Shown here piece by piece: positions 1 to 11,460 of a stretch of 64,000 nucleotides of DNA. The DNA is from Cycas panzhihuaensis (lineage: Eukaryota; Plantae; Cycadophyta): positions 77,197,741 to 77,261,740 of the forward strand of contig CM041465.1 in the NCBI GenBank assembly GCA_023213395.1, in the 5' to 3' direction. The position numbers and the translations under genes are program-made. The notes beneath the pieces were generated by a model. That model did not search any database and had not been told where the DNA came from. It was given only the letters and a program-made list of their open reading frames with translations. How positions within the stretch are numbered: position 1 is the first letter of the stretch; every line of letters starts with the position of its first letter.

Positions 1-53
1 TCATACTTTTAGCTTTTAAAGGGCCATCACATAGAAAAATTTTATTTAAAGTG

Positions 54-57
54 TATA

Positions 58-94
<37 letters not shown>
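54..94. repeat. (TA)n microsatellite
   Basis: Near-perfect TA dinucleotide run of about 40 bp. Confidence 0.95.
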
Positions 95-96
<2 letters not shown>

Positions 97-1750
97 ATAT
101 CATACTCATGTGACTAAGTGAGAACCTCACACTAAAAAGGTGATTAAACTAAACTTAGATATTTTCTCCTTGTTACTTACCACTTATAATTGATCACCTA
201 CTGCCATTGAAAATGACTTCTCCTTGGTGCTCAATTCTTTAAATTATCAATTATTTTTGCCCTTAATATTTGGCCAATATAATGTAAAGAGTTTTCTAAA
301 GTCTTACATGACAAATCATTAATAACATAGTCATCGATCACCTTGCAAAGTTCTAAAAAATCGCTAGGCTTAGCCATTTTTAGACTTAACTTTCAAATTA
401 ACTTATGTAATATTAATATTAATCCTTAGTAATCATGCAAAGTGTTGGCAAAAAATGATTAAACTTGGCCTTTAAGGCCTTACATGAAATTAGATTTAAG
501 ATTTGTTAAGTACATAAAAATATTTGACTTTACTTTGAACTTTATTTTCACTTATAAGATAAAATCAAACGGTATCAAATGAGTACTCATTTTAAATAGG
601 GGTGAGTTACGATTCCAATGTAACTGACATAATTGAAATCAGAACCATCAGAACCCATATGTGAGAAATATAGGAAAAATACATAGCTAGGTGCTTAAAA
701 GTCAATATTTATTTTTAAAAGGCACTTAGCCCCTTTTAATATTTTGGCCCTCAAGTCATGTTAGACCACCACGTAATCATCACCTATTAGGTGAGGGGGT
801 TTTAAAATTAAGAAGAAAATTCAATCTGATTAATCTTTCAACAAACTTTCTATAGGTGGTGGATCTTAAAACACTCTAATTGAATTAAAATTTTTAAGAA
901 ACTTGAAAAAAATAAAAATCCTAAGAAAATATCCACCACCTTATTTCATTTCTATATTTATATTTTACGTTTCATTTCTAAATTTACATTTTGTAAAGAT
1001 AAGAGTGATTACAAGAAATTTCACTATAAATCCATTATTTATAGCTTTAATTTCTTCTCTACGAGCATGCATATACATATACCTTTGGCTTAGCCTTTAT
1101 ATAATGCATACAGATGCTAGACTCTACTTGCCATCCTGCGTTGTTAGTAGTGTTTATAGAGAGGGTATTTCCCTCTGTTTTCTCTAATCACATGTATTTC
1201 TTACACTTTAGTAGGTCATCATCTGAAATATAATGCGAATTATCTATTTATGCTTAATGGTGTTAATACTTTGAATATTATAATGGTCCGATGAGAATAA
1301 CTTCTTGGCATCATAAAACAAAGTAAGGGTTAGATGGTGTTATTAATTGGAAGAGTTCACTGGAAGATGAGTTAGTCATAAACTATATAATACATGACAA
1401 CTTAACTTAAACTAATAGATGATTGTTACGAACTATATATTAGTAAACCATAAGGGTGATCCCATCAGAACTAAAATCAAGTTCAATACTCACTACAGAT
1501 GTTGGCACTTCAATGCATACAAATAACCATAGGTGAGGAAGCTATAACTACCCCTAAACTTTTTTTAAATATATAATAACCCACAACCTATATAAAATAT
1601 CCCAAAACTAACACTATACAGATTATTGACCCTTGATTAAGAGCACATAGACATGTTTGTAGAATAGAAAGAAGATGTCATACGTAGATCCGTAGGAACA
1701 CATGTAGAATATAATGCAACTTAGACATAAAAATATAGATAGATTATATT

Positions 1751-2038
1751 TGATGGAATCAGGGAATAGAGGGAATAGAATGAGGATACAAAAGGGAGAT
1801 AACCATTAATCCCATGAGAGTGGTGGTGTTGGTGAATGCCAAGACTTTAGACCCCATGAATAAATAAGCAATACTAAGTGGGATATGGCATGCCACTTGA
1901 AGTTTACCATTGACTAGCATTGACAAATATTATATATGCTATTGCTAAGATTTGATATGGTACCACCATAATATCTTTACCAATTTAAGGTATTACCCCA
2001 ATGTGGATACAAGCTCTAATATGGGCATCATTCTAATA
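1751..2038 (-). repeat. 3' LTR of copia A
   Basis: Aligns with 13754-14053. Adjacent PPT at about 2040-2050 (tctcccctat on +). Lacks a ~19 bp segment present in the 5' LTR. Confidence 0.9.
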
Positions 2039-2049
2039 TTTCTCCCCTA

Positions 2050-2868
2050 TAATTTCCATTTAATGAGACTTTAATTTTATCTCTAAATTTGATAAATTTT
2101 ATTTTATCAAGTGCCTTTGTGAATATATCTTCCACTTATTCTTTAGTGCTATAATAGGCTAATTCTAGCTCACATTGTTGTTCCAATTCTCTGATGAAGT
2201 GATACTGTGTTTCAATGTGCTTTGTCCTATCATAAAACACTAGATTCCTAGTCATCTAAATTATACTTTAATTATTGTAAAGTAACTTACTAGGACCAAC
2301 CTATTCCCCTACAAATCCTAAAGCAACCTTCTAAGCCAAAATGTTTCTAAGCTTACAATAGGTGTAAAAATCTCATTGTAATATATGCCTTTAATTTGAG
2401 CAAAGTCCTTTGCAACTAACCTTGCCTTATACTTATCAATGGTTCCATATGATTTATACTTGGTCTTATAGACCTGTTTAGTCCCAAAGGTATTTTTTGC
2501 TAGGTGGTAGATCCATTAACTTCCATGTGTCATTTTTAGTAAGGCATTGTACTCTTCCTTTATTGCTTTCTTCCATTCATCCTAATTGTTTACATCTTCA
2601 AAGTTGTGAGGCTTATTAGACTCCATAACATGAGTCATAAATGTAAAATTCACCCTCTGAGATCTTATAGTCCTTCTCTCAAAGTTGGTGTCTAAAATAT
2701 TTTAAGAGTTATGTGCCCTTTGTAGCCACTTAGGGACACTTTGATTTGAAATAGAGGGTCCTACTTCATTTGTATGAGGTACATTTATAGCCTTAGAATT
2801 TGATTTTACCTCAACTGTAATATTCTTACCTTTATCTTTTTCAATCACTTCTTCATAAAATTCATATT
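2050..2868 (-). pseudogene. copia A RT N-terminus fused to RNase H (about 1 kb of RT deleted)
   Basis: YKARLVAKDFAQIKGIYYNEIFTPIVSLET is joined directly to FWLRRLL...RTKHIETQYHFIRE...DIFTKALD. Confidence 0.85.
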
Positions 2869-3034
2869 TTTTAAAGATGATATTCTTTTTTTTTGGGTAA
2901 GGTAAAAAATAATATTAGAAGGGGTTTTCTGCCAGGTCCCCAAACCTTATACATCAAGGAACAACTGGCCTAAGAAAGATGACCATGACAAGCCCATGGC
3001 CTAACTCACTCTAAGATCACTCCATTCACCTCCT

Positions 3035-6000
3035 ACCTGTCACCATTATATCTAGAAGATTATATTCTAGTCAAACTCAGAAGCTCCTCTAGGAAGTTCT
3101 TATCCATTCCCTGTTCCTTTTATTTGCCACTGCCCAATTTGCCAACCAGTCTACCACCTTGTTTCCTTCCTTGTACGTGTGTTAAATTTGAACACTCTAT
3201 TTGGATCTTAGTACATCTTCCACATCCCTAATGAGCTCACCAGTACTCCACTCCAGCTCCGCTTCCCCCTTTAAGCCCTTAATCACAATTAAAGAATCAC
3301 CTTCAACAATAATTTTCTATTCCTCCATCTCTTCTAGCATGGCTACAACCTTATACATAGCCCTCACCTCCGCTCCATGATTCAATTGACAACCATAATA
3401 TTCAACAAATGCCCATATCACAGTTCCCTCATGATCCCTACACAGCCCGCCCCCCCCCAGCCTCCCTGGGATTACCTTTAGCTACGCCATCAAAATTTAT
3501 TTTAATCCTTGTTACATCGGGTAGTGTCCAAGTTGTTTCCCTCCTCTTCTCGTTCCCACCCCTCGGTTGACATATGCCCCATCCATCTAGGATGCTTTCC
3601 TCCCCCTTTGGGATTTTGTCCTCCTTGGGGGGTTTTAACATCTCTAGAATGCCCCTTCTGATCATGTCGAACAACTTCTCTTCCTCCATCTCCTTAGAAA
3701 ATTCTCCTATTACACTCCTTCCATATATTCCAAGTACCTACTAGAAGGATTAGCTTTTAAAACCTTCCCAACGTTTTACTCTTAAATGGGGAAACCCAGG
3801 ATTTCCATTGGTCCCTCAAAGATAAAGAAGAGACCCAGCCTATTCACATTTTAGACTAGAAGCCGCCCCAAATCCCTCTCGAGTAGGGGCAATGAATACT
3901 CAAGTGATCCAAGGACTCAGCCTCCTCCCTGCATAACTCGCATCTGTTCACCACATAGATACCGCGCTTTAGTAGCTTGTCCATTGTTAGGAGCTTATTT
4001 TGTAAACATAACTACCAAAAGGCAACATCCTTTGGAATAATCTCCAATTTCCAAACCCCTGCTAGCATGTCATTCTTAGTCCATCCTTCTCTCTCTCATA
4101 GCGCCTTGTATCCATCTATAACCGAATAGGATCCTGAAGGTGATAGAGCCCAAACCAGGGAATCCGAAGGGGCCCTCTTGGGAATATATTGTTGATCTAA
4201 TATATCTTTTACTCTCTGGATCTCCTCCTTGAAGCCATTCAGGTCGTCAAACGTTCTCCACTACCTATTCTTGCCCGCTCCTACCTAATAGTGCTTCACT
4301 AGTGTGCCATATGTATCCTCACAGACTCTTTGCAAGTTAGCGATATTTAGAATCTCACCCATCCTTGAGGAGCCACATTATTTGTCTTCCCAAAATCTTA
4401 TACTTTTACTATCCCCCAATTTCCATCGTAAGTTGTTTCTTAGGATCGGTTGTGAGGACCATATAGAGTTCCAAATGGGAGATCCGTAGACCTCACCCAC
4501 CTCATCCTTTAGGAAATGCTTACCCTTCAAATATTTTCTAGCTATTATTTCCCCCCACATGGAGCCTTCCTCTTTAACTAGTCTCCATCTTGCTTTAGCT
4601 AGGAGCACTTCATTAAGTAGTCCCAGTCTCCTGACGTTTAGCCCGCCTGCCCACTTGGGCTTGCATACCTTCTCCCAAGATGCTAGATGAAATCTGTCTT
4701 TGTCCTCAGTCCTAGACCAAAGAAATCTCTTCATGATGCCTTCAAGGGCTGAAATGACCTTGCTTGGCATCTTAAATAAAGATATTTGGTAGACTGGGAT
4801 ACTCTGGAGAGAGACCACGACTAGTTGAATCTTTCTCACCTAGCTAAGTAGCACCCCTTTCCAACCTGCTAGCTTCCTATTGAACCTCCTCATAATAGGA
4901 TCCCATAAATTATTGCACATCCTTCCCACAAAAAGAGGCATCCCTAGATAAGAGGCAGGAACATGTTTAGTGGGAATCTCTAAGATTCTGCTTATCCATC
5001 TTTGAAGCCTCTTGGGGGTGTTAATGAAGAAGATAAAGCTCTTGTCCAAGTTGATTCTTTGATTTGAGGCCCTCTCATAGGCCTGGAGACCATGTTTCAA
5101 GGCCCGAGCCTTACTAAGGGATGCCCTACTTAGGAAGATATTATCGTCCACAAACTGATGGTGAACAATATTTTCTAAGTTGGAGGAAGGCTTTAAACCT
5201 GAGACCCACCCTAATCTCTTAGCTTCCTTGCTAGCCCTTCCTAACATTTCAGCCATTATGATAAAGAGGAAGGGGGACAATGGGTCTCCTTGCCTTAGGC
5301 CCCTGTATCCGAGAAAAAAAGGAGTCAAACTACCATTTATTATCACAAAAAATTAGATACTAGAGATATAACATCTCATCCATTCCTGCCAGACCTCCCT
5401 AAAACCAAACGCTTTGAGACATTCCAACAAATAGTCCTAGGCCACCCGGTCGTAGGCTTTGGACATGTCGATTTTTATTATCATCCCTGCTTCTTTTCTA
5501 TGATAGGTCAAGTGGATTGTTTCATGAACTATTATTATCCCATCTATAATTTATTTGCCCATCATGAAACCATCTTGGTTAGGCAAGATAATAGATGGTA
5601 GGCATTCTCTAAGGTGATTCGCCAACACTTTAGCCAAAATTTTATATTTTACATTACATAGGCTTATTGGTCTAAAGTATTCCATTGCTTTTGCCCCCTC
5701 CTTTTTCGGGATCAAGACCAAAAAGGTGGTCTGCCATTCTTTCAAGATGGTTTTCCTTAAAAAAAACTCATTCAGTGCTGAGATTAGGTCATCCTTTATG
5801 ATGTCCCAATGCTCCTGGAAGAAGCTAGGCAGAAACTCATCCAGCCTAGGGAATTTATCCCTCCCTATTTTGAAGATGGCCTTCTCAACTTCATCAGAAG
5901 ATAACGATTCTATTAGTTTTCTATTCTGGGCATCGCTAAGCACACTTGGAATATATTGTAGGAGGTTTATCCTTAGATCCGGATCCTGACAACTGGGTTC

Positions 6001-7130
6001 TACAAATAACTCTTTAAAGTAATCCATCGCTATTCCTCTTATCTGATCTTCAGTATCATTCATGACTTTATCCTTACTTCATATTTTACTTATTTTATTA
6101 TAGGATCTATGCTTTAATGCTGACAAGTGGAAGAACTTAGTGTTTCTGTCTCTTGCCTCTATCCATTGCTCCCTCAATTTCTGCTTCCAGTGTATTTCCT
6201 CCCTGGATAGTACCTCCTCCAATATTTTGGTGGTTGAATATTCTAATTGATCTAAATCCTGTGACCTACCCTTAATTTGGATCCTTTCTTCTATCCTCTT
6301 CAGCTCCTTCCACAGGTTCCTCTTGTCTTCGAAGATGTTTCTGAACACCTCCTTATTCTATATTTTAATATGCTTTTTGATCCAATCTAGCTTTTTCAAA
6401 TATTTAAACATAGCAAACCTTGGTACCGTGTATCCTCACCATTCACTAATCTTTTCTCTAAGATTAGGATGATGTTGCCATATTAATTTAAAGTAGAATG
6501 GGGCCCCTCCTTGCTTCCTTGGATAGGAAGCTTCCATAACCAAAGGGGAATGATCCGAGGCTATTTTCGGAAGAGCCTCAATCTTGATATCCTCAAATTG
6601 GCAAGTCTATTCAGAGTTGGTTAATATTCTGTCTAACTTGATCTGGATATGACTGTGACCCAATCTCCTATTAGACCAGGTGTACTTGGCTCCCCTTAAG
6701 GGGACGTGCATTAGACCACTAGATTGCAGGAAATCCCTGAAATCAGACATACTCCTGGACCATCCCTCTTGATCCCCTTTCTTTTCGTTTGGATTGAGAG
6801 CCGTATTGAAATCTCCAGCCACCAGCTAAGGGCCTTTCCATTCCTTATATGCCTTCACTATTCTTTCCCATAACCTCTTCCTTCCCTCCATCATTATAGG
6901 GGCATATACATTAGTTATCCAACAAGGCCTGTTTGTCCTCGCACCAGCCAGATAAAGTGTGATGAAGTGTTCACTTTTGACTACCACAGATCCTTTCCAT
7001 TTATTTAGATTCCAGAGAGTAGCTAACCACCCAGAGCCTGTTAGTCCCTCTGAGGCACACCATTCCCCCCTCCTCCAGATCTTCTTAAATACCTCTATCT
7101 CTTTTTTCTGTTCGATTTTTGTCTCCTACA
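3035..7130 (-). pseudogene. LINE-1a ORF2 (endonuclease-RT-zf-RVT-RNase H), disrupted
   Basis: AGDFN...YTWSN...KLDRIL (APE endonuclease). FRPISLCNVKYKIL, GLRQGDPLSPFLF, QFVDDN (RT). IKINFDGVAKGNP (RNase H). Confidence 0.93.
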
Positions 7131-8327
7131 CCTAGTTCCTGCTCCCTCCCCTCCTCTGCTTCTGAGAGGTAGTCTTCCTCATCCCAGTTAATCTCCTTCA
7201 CTTGCCCAGACAAAACTGGCTTTGCTGTCATAAGAGGCTCAATCTCAATTTCACTAGCTTGACCATCAATCCTTGGGAGTCCTGCTATCTGATCTCTAGT
7301 GCTCTCTGCTATTGAGCCTTGTTCTTGAATCAGAGTCTAACCCATGACCTCTTAGGGCTTGATAGCATTTGTGGCCGTGTCCTCAACCATAATTTCACTA
7401 GCTTGACCATCAATCCTTTGAAGTCCCGTTGTCTAATCTTTAGTGCTCTCTGCTATTGAGCCTTGTTCTTGAATTAGGATCTGGCCCATCACCTCTTGGG
7501 GCTTAAAAGCATATATGGCCGTGTCCTCACCTCTGGCTGCTTTTAACTCCTTTACTTCTTTCTCTTTACTGTCCTCTCCCTTATTAGTATTTGGTAGGAT
7601 TGGGACACCTAGACATTGAAAGGGTAAATGGCCCCTACATCTCCATTTTGTACACCTAAAACCCTATACTTTATAAAATATTCTTTGTTTAATAAACTTT
7701 CCTGCTGATTCGATATCAATTTCTTTTGAGAGGTCATAGTCTAATCTAGATAGGATATAAAATCTAGCATTCGTCAATCAGGATCTATTTTTTGTCACTG
7801 AATCTGACGCTAAGAAGGGACCAATCATACTAGCTACACCTTTAATCACCTCTAGATTTTAGAAATGTAGTGGTAACCCCAATAGCTGTACCCACACTGG
7901 TGCTTGTTTGACCATTGGGATTGCTGCATCAAAGTTTAGATGCCATTTTTCTAGGGATATGGATTTTCTGCCAAACATCCAGTGTGATTTTAAGAGGATG
8001 ATAATCATATCCTCTTGGTTTACAAATCTAAAAAGGACACATCCCTTTGGCATAGACATCACTTCTACCAGATTCTTAGTTTTCCATTTGTTTCTTATCC
8101 ACCCTCAAATAATATCTAGCCCCAGTCTAGGTCTGGAAAACCTACCTACCAAACTATTCTCCTAATATTGAATGGTTTTCTCAGTTAACTCCTTCAGAAC
8201 TATAATTTTAAACTGGTTGTCTTTCAGCACAGGGTAAATCTCATATTCTTCAGAGTTTCCTCTTTTCAAGGCATCAAGGTAAGTCCTTCCCATGAGGAAG
8301 GCGAGTCATTGTTTATTCTTTCATCAT
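7131..8327 (-). pseudogene. LINE-1a ORF1 (DUF4283-like plus CCHC zinc knuckle), disrupted
   Basis: GRTYLDAL...SLVGRF...LFRF...W.FG...LEKW...PVWVQLLGLPLHF, then a GFRCTKW..GHLPFQC knuckle remnant. Confidence 0.88.
7247..7529. repeat. 144 bp-period tandem duplication in LINE-1a ORF1
   Basis: 7247-7385 aligns to 7391-7529 (aatttcactagcttgaccatcaatcc...gccgtgtcctca). Confidence 0.9.
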
Positions 8328-8961
8328 TTTAAATAACTAATACAAAATTTAAAAATAAAGCTTCATGCACTCGCCACTCTTTTGAGTCCATGAACTTGAT
8401 CCTTGGCATTTCTTCCTGGAGTACCAGCCTATAACCTTTGGTTACAAATTCCATCTAATTCCTCCTCCTTTGATCTACCTTTTGTAGAACACAAATCCTT
8501 TTCCAGCGGATCTGTGTGCTCAGATGTGCTTCCTGCTGCCTCCTGAAGCCCCTAACATCAACTTTCTCCTCTGTCTTTGTGTTGTTGTCCCTGCCTATCG
8601 ATCTATTTTGCCTTGAAACCTACTTTGTACCATATATCCTATGGGGATATCTCTTTAGGAGCCACCTCGCTCTTCATGCTATTCTTCTGGACCATTTGAA
8701 CCGGGAGCGTCCTCCTCCCTGCTTTACCTCTTCACAAGGGCTAAGCTACTTGTCTGAATCCCTTTGGGGTTTATTGGCCCCTCCATATGCTCTGTGTCCA
8801 GCCATTAAGGGGCATCTTGATGCCCATCAGTTAATGCTTGCTTCAGGGTCTGTCTTTGGTACCCGAACCAGCTACCACTCTTCGTGGTCCCCGTTCAAAC
8901 CCTACTTACCAGTCACCTCCATTCGCCTCCGTCTGCCATTTCCAGTGCTTCAGGGTTGCCT

Positions 8962-9072
8962 CTCTTCATCTCATTTGTATTCTTCTTCTATGTCAATTTT
9001 ATGAGTTTAGCATTTGTATCAATGGAGGTTGCAATTGACTTACATTCTTTCACGTGAAATCTCCTCAATAGA
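8962..9072 (-). pseudogene. Short copia RT fragment at the 5' end of LINE-1a
   Basis: Minus-strand translation LLRRFHVKECKSIATSIDTNAKLIKLT matches the copia RT motif (I/L)LxRFxMxxCKPxxTPxxxxxKL. Confidence 0.72.
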
Positions 9073-9091
9073 TTTTAAAGATGATATTCTT

Positions 9092-11460
9092 GATTATAAC
9101 AATCCTTTTGCCTTTATAATGATAAAGTTTATAGGATCTAGAGGAGTCATAATATCCATTAAACATATATTTGATGCTCTTATCATCTAGTTTTATCCTC
9201 CTTTGATCTAGGATATATGTATAAAGCTATGGACTAAAAAATCTTTAAGTGTTTGATGCTTGGCTTATAACCTATCCAAACTTTTTCTAGTGTAATCCAC
9301 CTAATTACTTTAATGATATACTTGTTCATCACATAGATAGCTGTATATACAACTTTAGCCCAATATTCATTTCTTAGATGCTTGTCCTTAAGCATACTTT
9401 TTCCCATTTTAATAATTGTTCTATTCTTCCTTTCAACAACCCTATTTTATTGTAGGGTATAAGGATTTTTGAGTTATTTTCTTACTATGAAATACCTACA
9501 ATAAGCTTTAAATTTATTCAAAATAAATTCTTCCCCATTATCTAATCTTAGGATTAAAATTCTGAATCCACTTTACCTTTCTACTATATTTTTGAAGTCC
9601 ATGAAACATTATAGAGTATGTGACTTGAACTTGAGGAAGTATATCCATGTTATCCTTATGAAGTCATCAATAAATATTATAAAAAAATACTTAGCACCTC
9701 CAAGTAAGGGTACATCCATTAGACTACATAAGTTTGTATATATCAATTGAAGAGGCCTATTGGCCCTATATCTTTCATTTGAAAATCTTCCTCTTTGTTG
9801 CTTTCCAAGTATACATCCTTCATACAGTTCCTTAGTATATTCAATAATTGATAGTATAATTACCATATCTATTTTCTTCATTAAGGCTAAACTATTGTAG
9901 TTTGCATGGCTATGTCTTTTGTGTCATATTTTACTATTCACATTGGTTGATGCCATTAAGGCATAATAATCTGTTAGGGTTATGACTAGTTTAAATAGCT
10001 TATTACTAGTTATTTATCTTTTGGTCATAAGTGATTCGTTTCTTAATTTATCTTTAATGGTGCATTTCATATTATCAAAGATTACTTTGTATTTCTGTTC
10101 CATCATCTAACCCACTAAAAGTAAGTTCTTCTTTAGGGGTAGAATATGTAGCACATCATTTATATACTTTGTTTCTCTAAAATTAGTTTATATGGAGACA
10201 TTCCCTTTTCCAATAGCTGCTTAAGTGGTGTTATCACCAAATATAATCTTGCTTTTCTTACTTTTATCTAATTCCTTAAACCACTCTTCTTTATGAGTCA
10301 TATGTGTAGAACACGCTGAAATTATATGTCAACTATCTTCCTCCTTATTAGCCATTAAACTTAAAAGAAATAATCTTTCATCTTGTCTTTCCTTAACAAT
10401 TATATTAATAGTTCCTCTTTGTGAACTTGAACTTTTTACAAAGCAATTTTCTTGTAAGCAACTATTTCTATGGTAGTAGGAACATTGGATTATTCCTCTA
10501 TCCCTTGGGCTTCTTCCTCTTTATCCTTGATTTTTACTGCTAGGACTTTAACCTCTTCCTCTTCCTTAAAGTCTATAATTTTGGCTTTGACCTTGACCTT
10601 AAAAATACATTTGACCTTTGAACTGATTTTGCCCTTGATAGAATTAACTTGTCCCTTATCCTTGATGATATCCTTGACCTTATGCTTGATAGCCATGACC
10701 TTGCTTTGAAATTAATTTCTAGGTTGACCTTTACCTCTGGAGGATTGACCTCTATCCCTAAAACTTTGTCCTTAGTATGTAGGTCTAATTTTTGTCTTAA
10801 TGGCAAAATCATACTTAATGGATTTACTTCCTCCTTTCTTCTCTTCCACATCTAGTAGCATGATACTAAACTAATCTATCTTAAGGGTACTAAGGTCCTT
10901 AGAGACCTTAATGCTAGTGACCATTATCTTAAACCATTTTATGTTACTTAATACAACTTAAGATTTTTTAAACTACTCTTTGCTCATTAATTACCTCTCT
11001 TAAGGCCCTCATTTAGTTGATTAGGCCTTAGATCTTTGTAATGAAGTCATTAACTCCTTTATTAGTGTTCATTCTTAAGTTCTTAAATTTGTTTCTTAAA
11101 GTCTAAGGCTTTGATGTTGCTACTCCTTCATATGTAGTCTTTAGTGTGTCTCCATGTTTCCTTTGATGTAATTGCTTTCCTAACCATTGGGAATATATGA
11201 TCCTCTAGTGCATAAAAGATGAATGTCAATGCTTCATTATCTCTCTTTTCATTCTCCTTGAAGCTTTTCTTCTCATCTTTAGTGGTGTTTTCAGTGAGTG
11301 TTCCATAACTTGTTTCAGTAAGCTCCCACATATCTTTGGCTATAAAAACTAGTTTAAACATATCTTTGGCTATAAAAACTAGTTTCATATGTCTACTCTA
11401 ATTAAGAAAAATCATACTATCAAACTTGGGTACCATAACATTACTAATATTTAATACCAT
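9092..11460 (-). pseudogene. copia A gag-protease-integrase (disrupted)
   Basis: MVLNISNVMVPKFD...KLVFIAKDMWEL (gag). Integrase YEGCILGKQQR...LQLIYTNLC...KYFFIIFIDDFIRITWIYFLK. Many TAA/TAG stops. Confidence 0.88.
11328..11385. repeat. 30 bp-period tandem duplication in copia A gag
   Basis: acatatctttggctataaaaactagttt occurs twice, giving KLVFIAKDM twice. Confidence 0.9.

Larger units (their letters stand above)
2888..9072 (-). mobile_element. Plant L1-clade LINE with RNase H (LINE-1a), inserted in the copia A integrase C-terminal region
   Basis: 19 bp TSD ttttaaagatgatattctt at 2869-2887 and 9073-9091. Poly(A) tail (T run on + to 2894). ORF1 and ORF2 remnants. Confidence 0.95.

Noticed and set aside
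8516-9004. 162 aa + strand ORF antisense in the LINE-1a leader
   Set aside because: The pyrimidine-rich strand is naturally stop-poor, there is no recognisable motif, and it runs across the copia-derived junction.
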